The notes: a model not told the origin generated them from the sequence alone. DNA of 59,613 bases from a virus (IMGVR_UViG_3300031578_000031:1-59613); one strand, 5' to 3'; positions 18,851-30,300 are shown, numbered from the stretch's first letter. Program-made: numbers and translations.

Positions 18851-20437
18851 ATGGCATTTAATCCAAGTGCGGTATTCAATCTCTTAGAAGGGAATGTGAA
18901 TTACCGGAAAATTGAGGCTCAAATTACAGCAGTCCCTACGCCGGGATTAGATGCCTATAATGTGTACTATCAAGTAGATGGCCCGATTGCGCCAATGAAG
19001 GTCCCCAACTTTGGGGTTCCTGATGGAGTCCTAAATAGCGGAAATCCAACGGCAATTATGCCGTTGGTTAATCTTCCGTTAGATTCAAGTGGAAGTACAT
19101 TAGAAGGCCTTTATAAATTGACATATTGGATAGAAGATGTTTCTATTCCAGGTATCTATACAGAGGTAGTTTCTTCAATCAATTTGGATGTATTAAAAGA
19201 AGGGCCTGAAGATTGCCGGATACAAGGGAATATTCAATTTGAAGTGGATTGTGTATGTTATCGGATAACCATTACGGATAGAACTTTTTATGGAAGTCCG
19301 AATGAAGTTACACTTGATTTTCGGACGATGACCATCATCTATCCAACTATCCCCGGCCAAGCAACACCTACTCCGGATGCCACTACTGACATTACGCTTA
19401 CGGTAGGATTTGATTACAGTAATGTAACCTATATCGTAAACTTGCTATCAGAATACCATCACCAAAATGAAGATGGGACAATTATAGTAAGGGAGAATTT
19501 GGTAGCTCAATTTAGCCAAAAAGTTGTGTGCGACTTTAACTTATGTAAGTTAATTGCGTGTATTACTGAAGCATTAGTGAAGCTTGAACACAAAGCTGCC
19601 CGATTGGGTGGGTATCCTAACCTTCCAATCGAAGAAAGGGACCTATTACAGCAGTTGTATGAGAATTGGATGCTAATGTCTATGGCCCGTGAATGCGGTG
19701 ACTATAAGAAGGTATATGACATCTATAATCGCATTTCCGAATTGGTGAATTGCGACTGTGGTTGTGGAGACAAAGGACCAAGGGGCAATACAGAACATCC
19801 AATACCGGTATCCCCTTCTTGCGGTGGAGCCGGAGGAAATATTACGCAAATAAACGGCACATTGCCGGTGGTAGTAAATCAAGCAGGTCAAACGGCTGTT
19901 ATCAGCTTAGACCCTTCATTTATTGCTGCTGCATTAGCGGATACAGTTGGATTACTTGGTGTTACTGTAAATGTAGGATCAGCAGCGTATTTAACGGCTA
20001 CGCCAAATACTCCAACAGCAGGGAATACAGAATTAGCTTTTAATCCTTCGGCAGTCGGATGGAGTGCTTGGACGGTTCTTGATGATAGCTATGTAACTCA
20101 AGTAGCATCTATAATTAGATACTCTACGGTTCCAATGCCTGTCCGTTATGCTTTGAATACCTTTACTGGACAAATGAAAGTAGATGGACAATTTGAGGCT
20201 CTTCTATATTTCTCACCAATATGTCTAAATGTAGATATAGAAATTATATTACCGGCAGGTGTTAGAGTTGGTATGCCAATATCTGCGTTTAATAGCACCG
20301 GGGACTGTGTTGGATACGTAGCTCTTGTAAATTCATTTGGAGGTGCCCCTACGGATTATCGTATGTTTTTCTATCCTAATGCAGCATTCGTTCCGGCGAG
20401 TGTTATTTCAATAAACGGAATTTTCAACATAAACTAA
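18851..20437 (+). CDS. Virion structural protein (Cys-rich, beta-rich)
   Basis: Beta-rich N-terminus, CDCGC cluster and fibre-like C-terminus, within the structural operon. Confidence 0.6.
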   Translation: MAFNPSAVFNLLEGNVNYRKIEAQITAVPTPGLDAYNVYYQVDGPIAPMKVPNFGVPDGVLNSGNPTAIMPLVNLPLDSSGSTLEGLYKLTYWIEDVSIPGIYTEVVSSINLDVLKEGPEDCRIQGNIQFEVDCVCYRITITDRTFYGSPNEVTLDFRTMTIIYPTIPGQATPTPDATTDITLTVGFDYSNVTYIVNLLSEYHHQNEDGTIIVRENLVAQFSQKVVCDFNLCKLIACITEALVKLEHKAARLGGYPNLPIEERDLLQQLYENWMLMSMARECGDYKKVYDIYNRISELVNCDCGCGDKGPRGNTEHPIPVSPSCGGAGGNITQINGTLPVVVNQAGQTAVISLDPSFIAAALADTVGLLGVTVNVGSAAYLTATPNTPTAGNTELAFNPSAVGWSAWTVLDDSYVTQVASIIRYSTVPMPVRYALNTFTGQMKVDGQFEALLYFSPICLNVDIEIILPAGVRVGMPISAFNSTGDCVGYVALVNSFGGAPTDYRMFFYPNAAFVPASVISINGIFNIN

Positions 20438-20438
20438 T

Positions 20439-20846
20439 ATGGAGCCTTGGAAAGATTATATTGGGAATGATTCAGGTGTATTAGTTTTAATGCGTCCGGA
20501 AACTGCCAATGGAGCTATTTTGACTGACGACTATCTTGGTACAATAGGATTATTGTCAGGGATGGCATTGCCCAATATGAAAAAGCAGTTGGCCGAATCA
20601 TTTGGTATCTTCACAAACTCGACAGAGAAGAAGGCATTTTTCTATGGGAAAATAAAATCGACTACCTTTCGACTTGATGTTGCGGAGTATTTCTTTGTAA
20701 ATAAAATCTATTATAACCCATCTACGGACCAAGCTTCTGTACTTCAACTTTTGCAAGAGAATGATTTCAATACATTCTTAACAGATGTGAATACGGTAGA
20801 GTTGACAGCAGGGAACGGGGCAGACTTTTTGAATTATTTACTATGA
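20439..20846 (+). CDS. Hypothetical virion protein
   Basis: 135-aa ORF coupled to its neighbours. Confidence 0.6.
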   Translation: MEPWKDYIGNDSGVLVLMRPETANGAILTDDYLGTIGLLSGMALPNMKKQLAESFGIFTNSTEKKAFFYGKIKSTTFRLDVAEYFFVNKIYYNPSTDQASVLQLLQENDFNTFLTDVNTVELTAGNGADFLNYLL

Positions 20847-21538
20847 TAAATGTTCAATACATATTTGAGGCCACTAATGACTTGACACGAAAGAACAATG
20901 CCGGTTATACATCCTCAGAGGAGTTTAACCGGCATTTGAATCAATGCCAAGATATGCTTATGCGCTATTACTATAAATTATTTGAGGAGTCTCAAATAAT
21001 TGTAGATAGCCTACTGCCTTTTTTAAAGGAAGTTCAATTGACGATTGGCACCAAAGGTGTAGTCCAGTTGCCGGTAGATTATCGGTACAGATTAGAAGTT
21101 GGATACTTGGAGATACTGAATGCAGGGTGCGAAGGAGGTGCCCCTAATGTGAAGCCAAAGCCTATGCATTATTTGGCTGCCAATGAGGTGATAGAAACCC
21201 TATCATCCCCTATCAGAAAACCAAGTAAAGCTAAGGGAATTTATAAACATACATTTGTCAACGATGCAATGTATGTTTACCCAATAGACTTAACCGGATA
21301 TGTGAATTTCAAGTATATTGCAGATCCAATTCAAGCTGCATACAATACAACTGTTGATACTGTAAATAGGATAGAAGTGTACGATTCAGCAACTTCGGTT
21401 AATTTACAATGGAATGAGCAAGATAGAGATAATTTAGTTGATTTGTTATTGCTAATGAAAGGCATAAGCATTAGGGAATCAGCATTGACACAATGGGTTG
21501 CCCAAAAGAATCAGTATCTATCAAATAAACAACCATGA
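20843..21538 (+). CDS. Tail ring / head-tail connector protein
   Basis: KNNAGYTSSEEFNRHLNQCQ N-terminus and LPVDYRY resemble crAss-like ring proteins. Confidence 0.7.
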   Translation: MINVQYIFEATNDLTRKNNAGYTSSEEFNRHLNQCQDMLMRYYYKLFEESQIIVDSLLPFLKEVQLTIGTKGVVQLPVDYRYRLEVGYLEILNAGCEGGAPNVKPKPMHYLAANEVIETLSSPIRKPSKAKGIYKHTFVNDAMYVYPIDLTGYVNFKYIADPIQAAYNTTVDTVNRIEVYDSATSVNLQWNEQDRDNLVDLLLLMKGISIRESALTQWVAQKNQYLSNKQP

Positions 21539-22206
21539 CAAAAGGTGAAATGGTAGAGTTGGTTTATCTGTACGTTTCAGGTGGCCAATTGAATGCCGAC
21601 ATAAATATTAAACGAGAAGATATTTCAGCGATGTTAGCACCGGCTGTTAATCTTATCGTATTGAGGGAAACCCGAATCCGGAAACAGGAAGAACGCTCCA
21701 TGTGGGAGGGAAGTTCTACTGGGGTGGATTCAGACTTTTTAGCGACCTTTTATTTGGACGTTTTGTATGACGAGGAGCGGTGCTTACGATACATTGAACC
21801 CATTGTTAGAGTAGTACCGTTACCTTTTAATCGAGGGATAAATACAATCGCATCCATGAATGGGGAGATTGAATTTAAGGGTCTAAAAAGCCAATATGAG
21901 GATCATGGATTACATGGTGTATTGAGGAATGTTACTCGTTATTGGTTTGAGCGAATTGGAGAGAAGCAGATTATCTTTTTTAAGAACATCCCCGAAATCG
22001 TAAAAAAAGTCATTCTAAAAGCTGTAATTTCAGCAAATGACCTTGGGGAGGATGACGAGATACCGGTGCCTTCAGGTACAGAATTTGAAGTATTGCAACT
22101 ACTTCAAGGATGGTTCTCAGGAGAGAAGCAAGTGCCGGAGGATTTGAGAAATAATAATAGCGATGGAAGTGCGCCAATAAACATTCAGAAAAACCCAATT
22201 AGATAA
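21535..22206 (+). CDS. Tail ring protein paralogue
   Basis: MTKGEMVELV...GG...DINI N-terminus; C-terminal EIPVPS...VPEDLRNN; similar size to the previous gene. Confidence 0.65.
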   Translation: MTKGEMVELVYLYVSGGQLNADINIKREDISAMLAPAVNLIVLRETRIRKQEERSMWEGSSTGVDSDFLATFYLDVLYDEERCLRYIEPIVRVVPLPFNRGINTIASMNGEIEFKGLKSQYEDHGLHGVLRNVTRYWFERIGEKQIIFFKNIPEIVKKVILKAVISANDLGEDDEIPVPSGTEFEVLQLLQGWFSGEKQVPEDLRNNNSDGSAPINIQKNPIR

Positions 22207-23069
22207 TGGCAGGAATACCAAAGAAAAACTTACCTCGCCAAGATGCTGAGGCGTTCAGAACATTCTACGATACCGTTGTAGATATTTGTTCATATATGGG
22301 GGATGATGAGGCTAAGACCTTATTTATCAAGGTGTCTCGATTCCTACGCCTTGCATTGGAAGAGTTGAATTTATATCTATTTGTGCATGGAGTGAAATCT
22401 GTGGTATTAAAAATCAATGATAACATGACCGTTGATTTGCCAAGAGATTTTCAGACTATGGGCAAAGTTGGGGTGTGTTGTAGTAATGGAACCATCCGTT
22501 TTATAGGAAGGAATGACAAATTGTGTGCGCCAAAAGATGTTCCTCTATTTGAATGTTGCGACTGCAATAAAGGCGTAAAAACTGAGGAAGAATTAAGTGC
22601 ATTGGTGGCTCCGGAAGAGTGCTGTGCTGCTTGCACCTTCCATAATGTAGAAGGGATAGGCAAGTCGAGACTCGGCAGTGAGCTTGGCATCAATGGCCTA
22701 TACCATAATTACCTGTATGGGTACAATCCTCAGATGTTCAGAAATGGGACTTATCGACTTGACGAGACCAATCATAGAATTATCCTTGGGGATGGTTGTG
22801 ATACCATGCCTGGGAAAGAGATTATTGTAGAGTACAATGCAGCAATGACGGATGATAGATATGACTTGATTCCAATTAAAGCAGTCCCTACGCTTATGTA
22901 TAAGACTGCTGCAATGATTAAGGCTAATAAGAATCCAAATGCGTCTAACTTTGAGTTTAGACAATTTAAGGTTCATTACCGACAATTGAAAAAAACATAC
23001 GAAACATGGACCTTGGAAGATCTTGTAGCTTCCCTTCGGAAGGGATACAGGTCGTCCCCTAAAAGATAG
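22206..23069 (+). CDS. Tail ring protein paralogue (Cys-rich insert)
   Basis: KSVVLKINDNMTVDLPRDF..MGKVG, GTYRLDE...IIL, IIVEY; located before the muzzle gene. Confidence 0.65.
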   Translation: MAGIPKKNLPRQDAEAFRTFYDTVVDICSYMGDDEAKTLFIKVSRFLRLALEELNLYLFVHGVKSVVLKINDNMTVDLPRDFQTMGKVGVCCSNGTIRFIGRNDKLCAPKDVPLFECCDCNKGVKTEEELSALVAPEECCAACTFHNVEGIGKSRLGSELGINGLYHNYLYGYNPQMFRNGTYRLDETNHRIILGDGCDTMPGKEIIVEYNAAMTDDRYDLIPIKAVPTLMYKTAAMIKANKNPNASNFEFRQFKVHYRQLKKTYETWTLEDLVASLRKGYRSSPKR

Positions 23070-23074
23070 CGATT

Positions 23075-26000
23075 ATGGCAATGCCGGAAGAACACTTAAA
23101 TAAGCCAAATATTTTCATTGGTGGCCTCAATCTTGATGACGATAAGCACTTGATTGAGGCTACTGATATGGTAGATGCGCTAAACATCCGTAACTTGATG
23201 GGTGGAGTCAATGGAGCTACTACTAACATGAAGGGGAATGTCTTGATTGACAATCCGGAGCTTCCGGCAGGGGTAAACACTGTTATCGGAGTATGTGAAG
23301 ATAAGAGGGAGACAAGTGTGATGTACTTTGTACACAATAGCAATGGAGACCATACTATCTTTCGATATTATCCAACAAAAACAGCTATTAACCCAAATGG
23401 GGAGATAGAATTAGTCATGAAGGGCCAAGCCCTTAATTTCAATCTTGACTGGAAGGCACATTCGTCAAGATTTATTGATAGCAAATATCTATATTGGATT
23501 GATGTGTTTAGCGATCAGGATGCTATTGAAGGCAATCCTCCTCGAAAAATAAATGCTGTAAAAGGCAATATCGTAGGTAAGTTACTTGAATATGAGCTTT
23601 TTGCAGGACTTCCAAATCAAGGCCAATTTGCTGCGTCTCCTGGTGACGGGAATCAGGTAAAGGTTGAAGTGTATGACAGGGCAACGGCTACGCTTATTGC
23701 TGGATTCAATACCCTTCCTGCTACGTTGGCAGGGTATCAAGATGACCCTTATGGATTTTTAGACTACATAGCTACTCAGACAAATTCAAGCTTGAGTACA
23801 TGGGTAGAAGCGGAATATTGCGATGAGTGCCGAGTGACGTTTGTAATGAAGCAAGCAACAACTTATCTTCTTATCAGCGAAACTAATCCACCTACCCCAC
23901 TCGTAAATATCATGTTTGTCCGGTTGAATCATTATCCGGATACAATTCGATTGGAGCATATAGATGTTTTGAAATGGCCTCCGCATTGCGAGCTAACATC
24001 AAGATACATTGTCGATACTGAATTTTCTGCAAACAATGTTAATCAAAGTATATTCCAATTCCGAGTAAGGTATTGGTATGATGATGGGGAGAAGAGTGCT
24101 TGGGGCCCAATCTCCTTATTGGCATTGCCAATTGATAAATCGGGCAAATTCCTTAGTGGATTGAATGCTATTGAGTTGAATTTCACTGATGAAAGACTCA
24201 ATGATGTAGATTCATTGAATATAATCAGGAAGGTAGAAATAGCTTTCCGTGAAGGTAATTTGGGTGACTTTAGAAGCATGGAAACATTGTCTCCATGTGA
24301 GATAGGTATAAATACCCAATTATACTATTTCCGAAACGATAAGCTATATTCGATAATCCAAAGTGATGACATTAACACGGATGGCCAATCCCAATCATTG
24401 AAGCTATTTGATTCTGTACCTCGAATTTCCGGGGCTATGGAGACGATGGCAGACTTGAAAGGGAATAATAGATTGTTCTATGGGGCCAATCTTGAAAACT
24501 ACAATGGAGTAGAATGCCTTGACCTGAAATGGCAACTTGGGACTAATCCTGAAGATGAGTGTTTTATAAATATAACAGGAAGAGTAGATATTACATACCT
24601 TCCATTTGATAATAATGATGGATATTTCAGAACGAGAGATGCTGACGATACCGTTATAAGTGGATTTGTAGTTTACTTGGCAGGGACTACATATTACGGG
24701 ATAAGCGAAAGTTTTGAAGTTCCTGCTGTGGTTACACCTACGGGAGAGTTTGAAATTAAAAATGTTCCAAAAGGCGTTTATGTTATGCGTGTCGCAAATT
24801 ACAGATGTAGATTTGACGATACAAAAGGTCAAATATATAACTTAAATAATGGCATAGCATGGCAACGGACTTCTGCTGCTGTACTAAATTGTGCCGGGTC
24901 AAATGCTGCTACCGGATGGCCATACGAACGTGTTATTGATTTAACAGGTGTTGTAGGAAATACGTTTGATTTACTTACAGAAGTAGGATTTGGACCAATA
25001 GAAGTGATAAACTTAGAAAGGGGTACATTCCCATTAGCAGCATGGGGCTTAGGAGAGTATTATGTTTACGACAATGATGCTTTAGCAAGTACGAATGAAG
25101 AGCGACTTGGTTCTATTGCCGTAGAACGGCAGTTAGTTAGATTTACGGCAGGAAGAGCCGTTCCCGGAACAGACCCATATCCTGATTTTAATTTTCCACA
25201 AGCACTAACAGACCCATTTGTTCCACCTACTTCGGTATATGGCAACATGGTAACAGACCACAATGGCTTTGTATGGGCTATGTGGGCCACTCCTGGCAAC
25301 CCTCAATCAATAAACCAATTTCATGTTGAAGTTGCAGATGTATGTGGTGTTGGGACAAGATTTTTAGAAGATGGGAATGCAGTGTTATTCCGAGGGGGAT
25401 TAACTGCTTTGTATGCGGATACAGAATCTAATGTAAGTGGTGCCCTTAGACCATTATTAGGTTCTCCTGCACAAGATTCGAGTGAAGTTGCATTGCAGCT
25501 TATTCTATACAATACCGATGTAGAGTTTACAGAAAAAAACAAAACGATAATTAACGGAAATTCTGTTGAGACGACTAACACACCGGTCCCTGATGTATTA
25601 TTTTTTTATACAAGGAATGGTCGTCAACAATTTACGGATGTTACAGGCGGATATTCTATATCAGTATATTGTCCTTACGATTCTTTTGGAAGAAATGATG
25701 ATACCCTTTGGGCAACATATCCTACGGATAATTGCTACGAATATCCACCTGCTCCGGCATCCCAAGTGCCTAATATTTCTGACTTCTGTACAAATCCGTA
25801 TGATATTGAAAATCCATTCAATGCAACACTTGTTATCTTCCCCTTTCTTGGAGCGATAGTCCAATTTGCTCGATACCTTAAATCAGGTGGAGTTTATAGG
25901 ACCGGAGTAGTCTATGAAGACAGGGGTAATAGAAAATGTACAGTAGTTGAAGGCGATACGTTCCGCATTCCATTCTTTACCGAAATAGGAGATTTTAAGA

Positions 26001-27871
26001 AAATATCACCTACATGGAGTATCTATTCTGTTCCTCCTGAATGGGCTACGCATTACCGTATCGTAATAACTAAGGATAGTTTTTACCGAAGATATTTACA
26101 ATGGGTAGCAGAAGAAGTTCAATATGTCCTTATTGATAGTGTTGGTGCAGCTCCAATTGTAACATCATTTGCAAATGGGAACTCTACCCATATAATGATA
26201 AAAATATCTTCGATAATTACAGAGGAAGATGCTAATGCCAATCCGGTAGAATGGTTCTTTTTTGGGACTAACTTACAAGGATTCAGCGCACAACCAAAAG
26301 ATAGAATCCGACTGATATTAGATGAAGTTGGTGATTTAGCTATAACAAATGACATTTATGACTTTGAGATAGTAGGAGTGTTCAGATCAGGCACCGATTA
26401 TTTTGTAGTAATCGAAACTCCTGAAATTTTCAAAGAGATAAAAGCCAATTGGCTTGTTGAGTTATATACCCCGAAGCTATCTGAAGAGGTAGTTTTCTAT
26501 GAGGTAGGGGAATGCCACAAGATATTGAATCCAGGGCAGCCAAATCGGACGCATGAAGGGTCTTCTCAAAATCAAATAGTTGGCGTACAGCCGGCAACGG
26601 GATTCCTTGCAGGAGGAGATACCTATTGGAGGGATAAAAACTTTACAGTGGACAATTCTGTACTGTTCACTTATCAAGTTGAGAATCCTAACATTACGGA
26701 TAGATTTGATAGTACCTTTTCGGATATTGGCCGGCCAAACATTAAGGATGATGATTTTGGAGAAAGGTTTTATTTTAATAGAATCCGATTGTCAGGCATA
26801 TACATTCCGGACTCAAAAATTAATGGCTTATCAGCATTCCGTGCTATTGATGTACAGTCGTTGAATATGAAGTTCGGAAACATTATGAAGCTTATCCAGG
26901 CTGACAATGTAATGTTAGCTATTTGCCAATTCAAGACACAGCCAATTTATGTTGGCAAGGACAGAGTTATGGACCTATCCGGAGCAGGTTCTATTGGCCG
27001 AAGTGACCAAATCCTGAATCTTGGCAATGAGTTGAAGTATGACTTAGGTACACAGAGTCCTGAGTCTATTGTAGAGCAGGATGGTTCGGTTTATGGGATT
27101 GACTTGTATCAAGGAGCTGTTTGGAGATATAGCACCAATGGTCAATTCCCTATATCAAAATATAAGGCTCAACGGTACTTTAATGATTTAGGCAAAACAT
27201 TATATGCGCTAAATCGTAAAACGACTAAGGTATATGGCTTCTATGATAGAGAGTATGATCTATATGGTATAACTATTGCGCCTAATAATTCCTATCCGGA
27301 TGGGTTCACTATACTCTTCTCCGAAGAAAAGAATCGTTGGAATAATTTTGTATCTTTCGTAGGAGAATATTATTCAGGAGTAATAGATAGATTAGTTTCT
27401 TTCAAAGGTGGAGACTGTTATATGCATGAAGGCGTTGGCCACACTTACAATAATTTCTATGGGGTACAATACCCAAGTAGAGTTAAGTTTGTGAGTAACA
27501 ATGGGCCAAGAGCTGTTAAGAATTGGTGGAATCTATCAATCCAAGCAGACAATCAATGGTATGCCCGTGACATCGAAGCTCCGGCAAGTTATTCCTACCC
27601 GAATGGGATGCGTAGTGAGATACCACCAATGGCCTTTTCTATTGAGGAAGGTATATGGAAGGCAGACTTTTTAAGGGACAAAATAGACCCAAATCCATCA
27701 TTCAATACTATTGCCAATCCGGTAGAGCGTGAAATTTCTAAATTATATAAAGGCAGGGTATTAAGAGGTGAAATTTTGATTATTGAATTAGAATTACTAA
27801 ATTCGTATGAATATTCCATATTACGTAGGGCAGATGTAGAGCATACCCTTTCTATGGATACAAAAGGATAA
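23075..27871 (+). CDS. Tail muzzle / stabilisation protein (P22 gp10-like)
   Basis: 1598 aa. GGLNLDDDKHLI...DALNIRN N-terminus, NPPRKIN, FQFRVRYWYDDGEKSAW, NRLFYGAN, GTQSPES and FSEEKNRW beta-propeller-like motifs. Confidence 0.85.
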   Translation: MAMPEEHLNKPNIFIGGLNLDDDKHLIEATDMVDALNIRNLMGGVNGATTNMKGNVLIDNPELPAGVNTVIGVCEDKRETSVMYFVHNSNGDHTIFRYYPTKTAINPNGEIELVMKGQALNFNLDWKAHSSRFIDSKYLYWIDVFSDQDAIEGNPPRKINAVKGNIVGKLLEYELFAGLPNQGQFAASPGDGNQVKVEVYDRATATLIAGFNTLPATLAGYQDDPYGFLDYIATQTNSSLSTWVEAEYCDECRVTFVMKQATTYLLISETNPPTPLVNIMFVRLNHYPDTIRLEHIDVLKWPPHCELTSRYIVDTEFSANNVNQSIFQFRVRYWYDDGEKSAWGPISLLALPIDKSGKFLSGLNAIELNFTDERLNDVDSLNIIRKVEIAFREGNLGDFRSMETLSPCEIGINTQLYYFRNDKLYSIIQSDDINTDGQSQSLKLFDSVPRISGAMETMADLKGNNRLFYGANLENYNGVECLDLKWQLGTNPEDECFINITGRVDITYLPFDNNDGYFRTRDADDTVISGFVVYLAGTTYYGISESFEVPAVVTPTGEFEIKNVPKGVYVMRVANYRCRFDDTKGQIYNLNNGIAWQRTSAAVLNCAGSNAATGWPYERVIDLTGVVGNTFDLLTEVGFGPIEVINLERGTFPLAAWGLGEYYVYDNDALASTNEERLGSIAVERQLVRFTAGRAVPGTDPYPDFNFPQALTDPFVPPTSVYGNMVTDHNGFVWAMWATPGNPQSINQFHVEVADVCGVGTRFLEDGNAVLFRGGLTALYADTESNVSGALRPLLGSPAQDSSEVALQLILYNTDVEFTEKNKTIINGNSVETTNTPVPDVLFFYTRNGRQQFTDVTGGYSISVYCPYDSFGRNDDTLWATYPTDNCYEYPPAPASQVPNISDFCTNPYDIENPFNATLVIFPFLGAIVQFARYLKSGGVYRTGVVYEDRGNRKCTVVEGDTFRIPFFTEIGDFKKISPTWSIYSVPPEWATHYRIVITKDSFYRRYLQWVAEEVQYVLIDSVGAAPIVTSFANGNSTHIMIKISSIITEEDANANPVEWFFFGTNLQGFSAQPKDRIRLILDEVGDLAITNDIYDFEIVGVFRSGTDYFVVIETPEIFKEIKANWLVELYTPKLSEEVVFYEVGECHKILNPGQPNRTHEGSSQNQIVGVQPATGFLAGGDTYWRDKNFTVDNSVLFTYQVENPNITDRFDSTFSDIGRPNIKDDDFGERFYFNRIRLSGIYIPDSKINGLSAFRAIDVQSLNMKFGNIMKLIQADNVMLAICQFKTQPIYVGKDRVMDLSGAGSIGRSDQILNLGNELKYDLGTQSPESIVEQDGSVYGIDLYQGAVWRYSTNGQFPISKYKAQRYFNDLGKTLYALNRKTTKVYGFYDREYDLYGITIAPNNSYPDGFTILFSEEKNRWNNFVSFVGEYYSGVIDRLVSFKGGDCYMHEGVGHTYNNFYGVQYPSRVKFVSNNGPRAVKNWWNLSIQADNQWYARDIEAPASYSYPNGMRSEIPPMAFSIEEGIWKADFLRDKIDPNPSFNTIANPVEREISKLYKGRVLRGEILIIELELLNSYEYSILRRADVEHTLSMDTKG

Positions 27872-27875
27872 GATT

Positions 27876-28592
27876 ATGAATCCATTTACACTAATGGGCG
27901 GATTATTCTCCGCTATCCCTGAAATTTATAAATTAACGCAAGGGATTAAGCAAAGGAAAGAAGGTACGAAAGGCTTAGAGGGCCTTACTCGACCTGAATA
28001 TGTTATGCCTGAAGAGGCTAAAAGGGCACTTGGTATATCTCAAATGAGATACGCTGATAAGTTTATGCCTGGGGAAGGTGCTTATACGGACCGTATTGAG
28101 CAGCAAGCAGCGAATGCTTATGGGCAAAGCTCAGAAGCAGGTAATCCGTTTGCACTAATTTCTAATCTTCATGCACAATCGGGGAATCAGTTGCAAGATA
28201 TGCAAACAAAAGCAGCTCAATTTCAGCTCCAAAACGAGAATGCGTATAAGCAACAATTGATGTCAACTGCGGATTATCGTGACCAAGAATGGCAAATGAA
28301 TGAGTTTGCTCCATACAAAGAAAAATACACAGAGTATCGAGATATGATTGGGGCTGGGACTCAAAACATATACGGGGGCATGGATTCATTGGCAGCTATT
28401 GGCACAGGACTATTAGGTAGTTTTGGGCAAGGATTTGGAATGGGTGGCAAGAAAAGTGCAGGGCCAAATCAGCAAGCTATATCAGGTCTCGTAAGTGGGT
28501 ATAATGGTAATCCTCAACAAGGGCAATTAGGACCACAAGAAATCGTACCTGGACAGGGATTAAATTCAACAAACTTTTTTGGATCATGGTAA
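27876..28592 (+). CDS. Putative ejection/cargo protein
   Basis: Gly/Gln-rich with amphipathic ends; located after the muzzle gene. Confidence 0.55.
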   Translation: MNPFTLMGGLFSAIPEIYKLTQGIKQRKEGTKGLEGLTRPEYVMPEEAKRALGISQMRYADKFMPGEGAYTDRIEQQAANAYGQSSEAGNPFALISNLHAQSGNQLQDMQTKAAQFQLQNENAYKQQLMSTADYRDQEWQMNEFAPYKEKYTEYRDMIGAGTQNIYGGMDSLAAIGTGLLGSFGQGFGMGGKKSAGPNQQAISGLVSGYNGNPQQGQLGPQEIVPGQGLNSTNFFGSW

Positions 28593-30289
28593 ATGTAGGC
28601 ACAAATCAAGGAGTAGCGTATAGTGGACAGGAAGGGAAGGGTAAAGCCTTTATCCTTCCTGAAGGCGATGATTCTATGTTAGCTTTTCAGCAATTATTGA
28701 AAGGTGATGCGGAGAATAAAGATGCTATTAAGAAAGAGAAGTTAGACGCTGCAAAAAAAGAGAAGGAAACAAAGGCAAAGCTAAAGGAAGAGGTTCCGGA
28801 TTGGTGGCTTCGCCATGATACAGAGATGCAGGGGCTAACGGATAAGGTTCTTGAACTTGGGGCCGGACTAATGGCTGCCGGAGTTGAAGATCCTATGGCC
28901 GGGACTGACCCTGGTTCTGCTTTATTCAAAAAAGAGTTGAATCGCTTAAAGTCTTTGGGTGGCTTGTCGAAACAATACAAGGGGCAATTTGAAGAAGACA
29001 GAAAGGTAATATTGGCGGATAAGGACAACCATTTTACTGAGGAGTCCAAGGATGCCTTGGTAAAATTCTATGACGAAAAAACCTTAGCTGAACGCCTTGT
29101 GAATGGTGACTTGCCTCCTCGTTTATTGGTAAAAGAACCTGAGTTCAAGAGGGCCGAGTACAACGGAAAGTTGGCTGAGGCGATGGGCAAAGAAAATAAG
29201 GAGCCTACTGTTGAGAACTTTAAGAACATGGTCAAGATGGCCATGAATGACCCATCTGCTAAAGGGTATCAGGATAATTTATTTACCGATATAACCAACT
29301 TAGAGAATGACAATCCGGATGCTTTTCTTGCATTGGAAGAAGAAGCCAAGCTCAATAACATGACCCCAATGGAAATGCTTGGAACGAAGCATCTCCAATC
29401 ATATTTCGATGTAGAGCCTGTTGACATAACTGCTACAATAGAGAAGTTCATGCCGGCAGTAGATACTAATAAATGGTCTAATGAAGATAAAGATAACATT
29501 ACTGAGTTTGGAGAAACACAAAAATTAGACCCTGTAAAGCTGACTAAGGCTGCTACGGCATATCTTGACTTTAATCCTAAAGCCCTTACACAGCTTACTA
29601 ATAGCGGATTAGCAAAAGACAAAGCTTCTGCTGTCAAGTATATTGAAGAGTTAATGAAGGCGAGGTCAAAGGAGCTGACAAGTTCCGGAGTTAGACGAGA
29701 AGGCGATGGCTATGAAGGGACGGGGTATGGTGAGGATGATATTAAGAAAGCTGCTGATGAGTGGTTTAAATATCTATCCGGTGGTGGAGAAGGTACTGCT
29801 GCTGAGAAATTCAAAGCGCAGAAAAAAGCTGCAGAGTTCTTACGGGGGATCAAAGGAATTGAAGGAGAAACTTTTCAATGGGGTAGAACTTATTCTGCTG
29901 CTGCTTATGGTATCCCTGGTGTTACTACGGAGTACGGCAGTGAGGATGATTACAATCCTGATAAGATTGCATTTGGAGTATTAAGAGAGAAAAAAGTAAA
30001 AACGCCAATGGATGATGGGTCTGAAGTTACTGAAACAGTAATGGAAGATGATGTAATGGACTTTCAATTTACGGATCCAACGAAGAAAAATTATCTTAAT
30101 TTTGACGCAGCATTACCTTACTTCGTTAAAGCTGTTAAAAATCAAGGTCGATTGTTTGAGCCTGATTTAGGAAGAGGGCCTGATGAAACGGAAGCAGAGC
30201 GTGAAGCGACTAAGAAAGAAATAAGTGGGGGTGGATTGAAAAGCAAAACAAAAGAACAAAGAGAATCTAAAGCAGGAGCATTAGATTAA
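28586..30289 (+). CDS. Putative ejection/cargo protein
   Basis: Highly charged helical 567-aa protein preceding the giant gene. Confidence 0.55.
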   Translation: MVNVGTNQGVAYSGQEGKGKAFILPEGDDSMLAFQQLLKGDAENKDAIKKEKLDAAKKEKETKAKLKEEVPDWWLRHDTEMQGLTDKVLELGAGLMAAGVEDPMAGTDPGSALFKKELNRLKSLGGLSKQYKGQFEEDRKVILADKDNHFTEESKDALVKFYDEKTLAERLVNGDLPPRLLVKEPEFKRAEYNGKLAEAMGKENKEPTVENFKNMVKMAMNDPSAKGYQDNLFTDITNLENDNPDAFLALEEEAKLNNMTPMEMLGTKHLQSYFDVEPVDITATIEKFMPAVDTNKWSNEDKDNITEFGETQKLDPVKLTKAATAYLDFNPKALTQLTNSGLAKDKASAVKYIEELMKARSKELTSSGVRREGDGYEGTGYGEDDIKKAADEWFKYLSGGGEGTAAEKFKAQKKAAEFLRGIKGIEGETFQWGRTYSAAAYGIPGVTTEYGSEDDYNPDKIAFGVLREKKVKTPMDDGSEVTETVMEDDVMDFQFTDPTKKNYLNFDAALPYFVKAVKNQGRLFEPDLGRGPDETEAEREATKKEISGGGLKSKTKEQRESKAGALD

Positions 30290-30300
30290 ATATAAAAATT

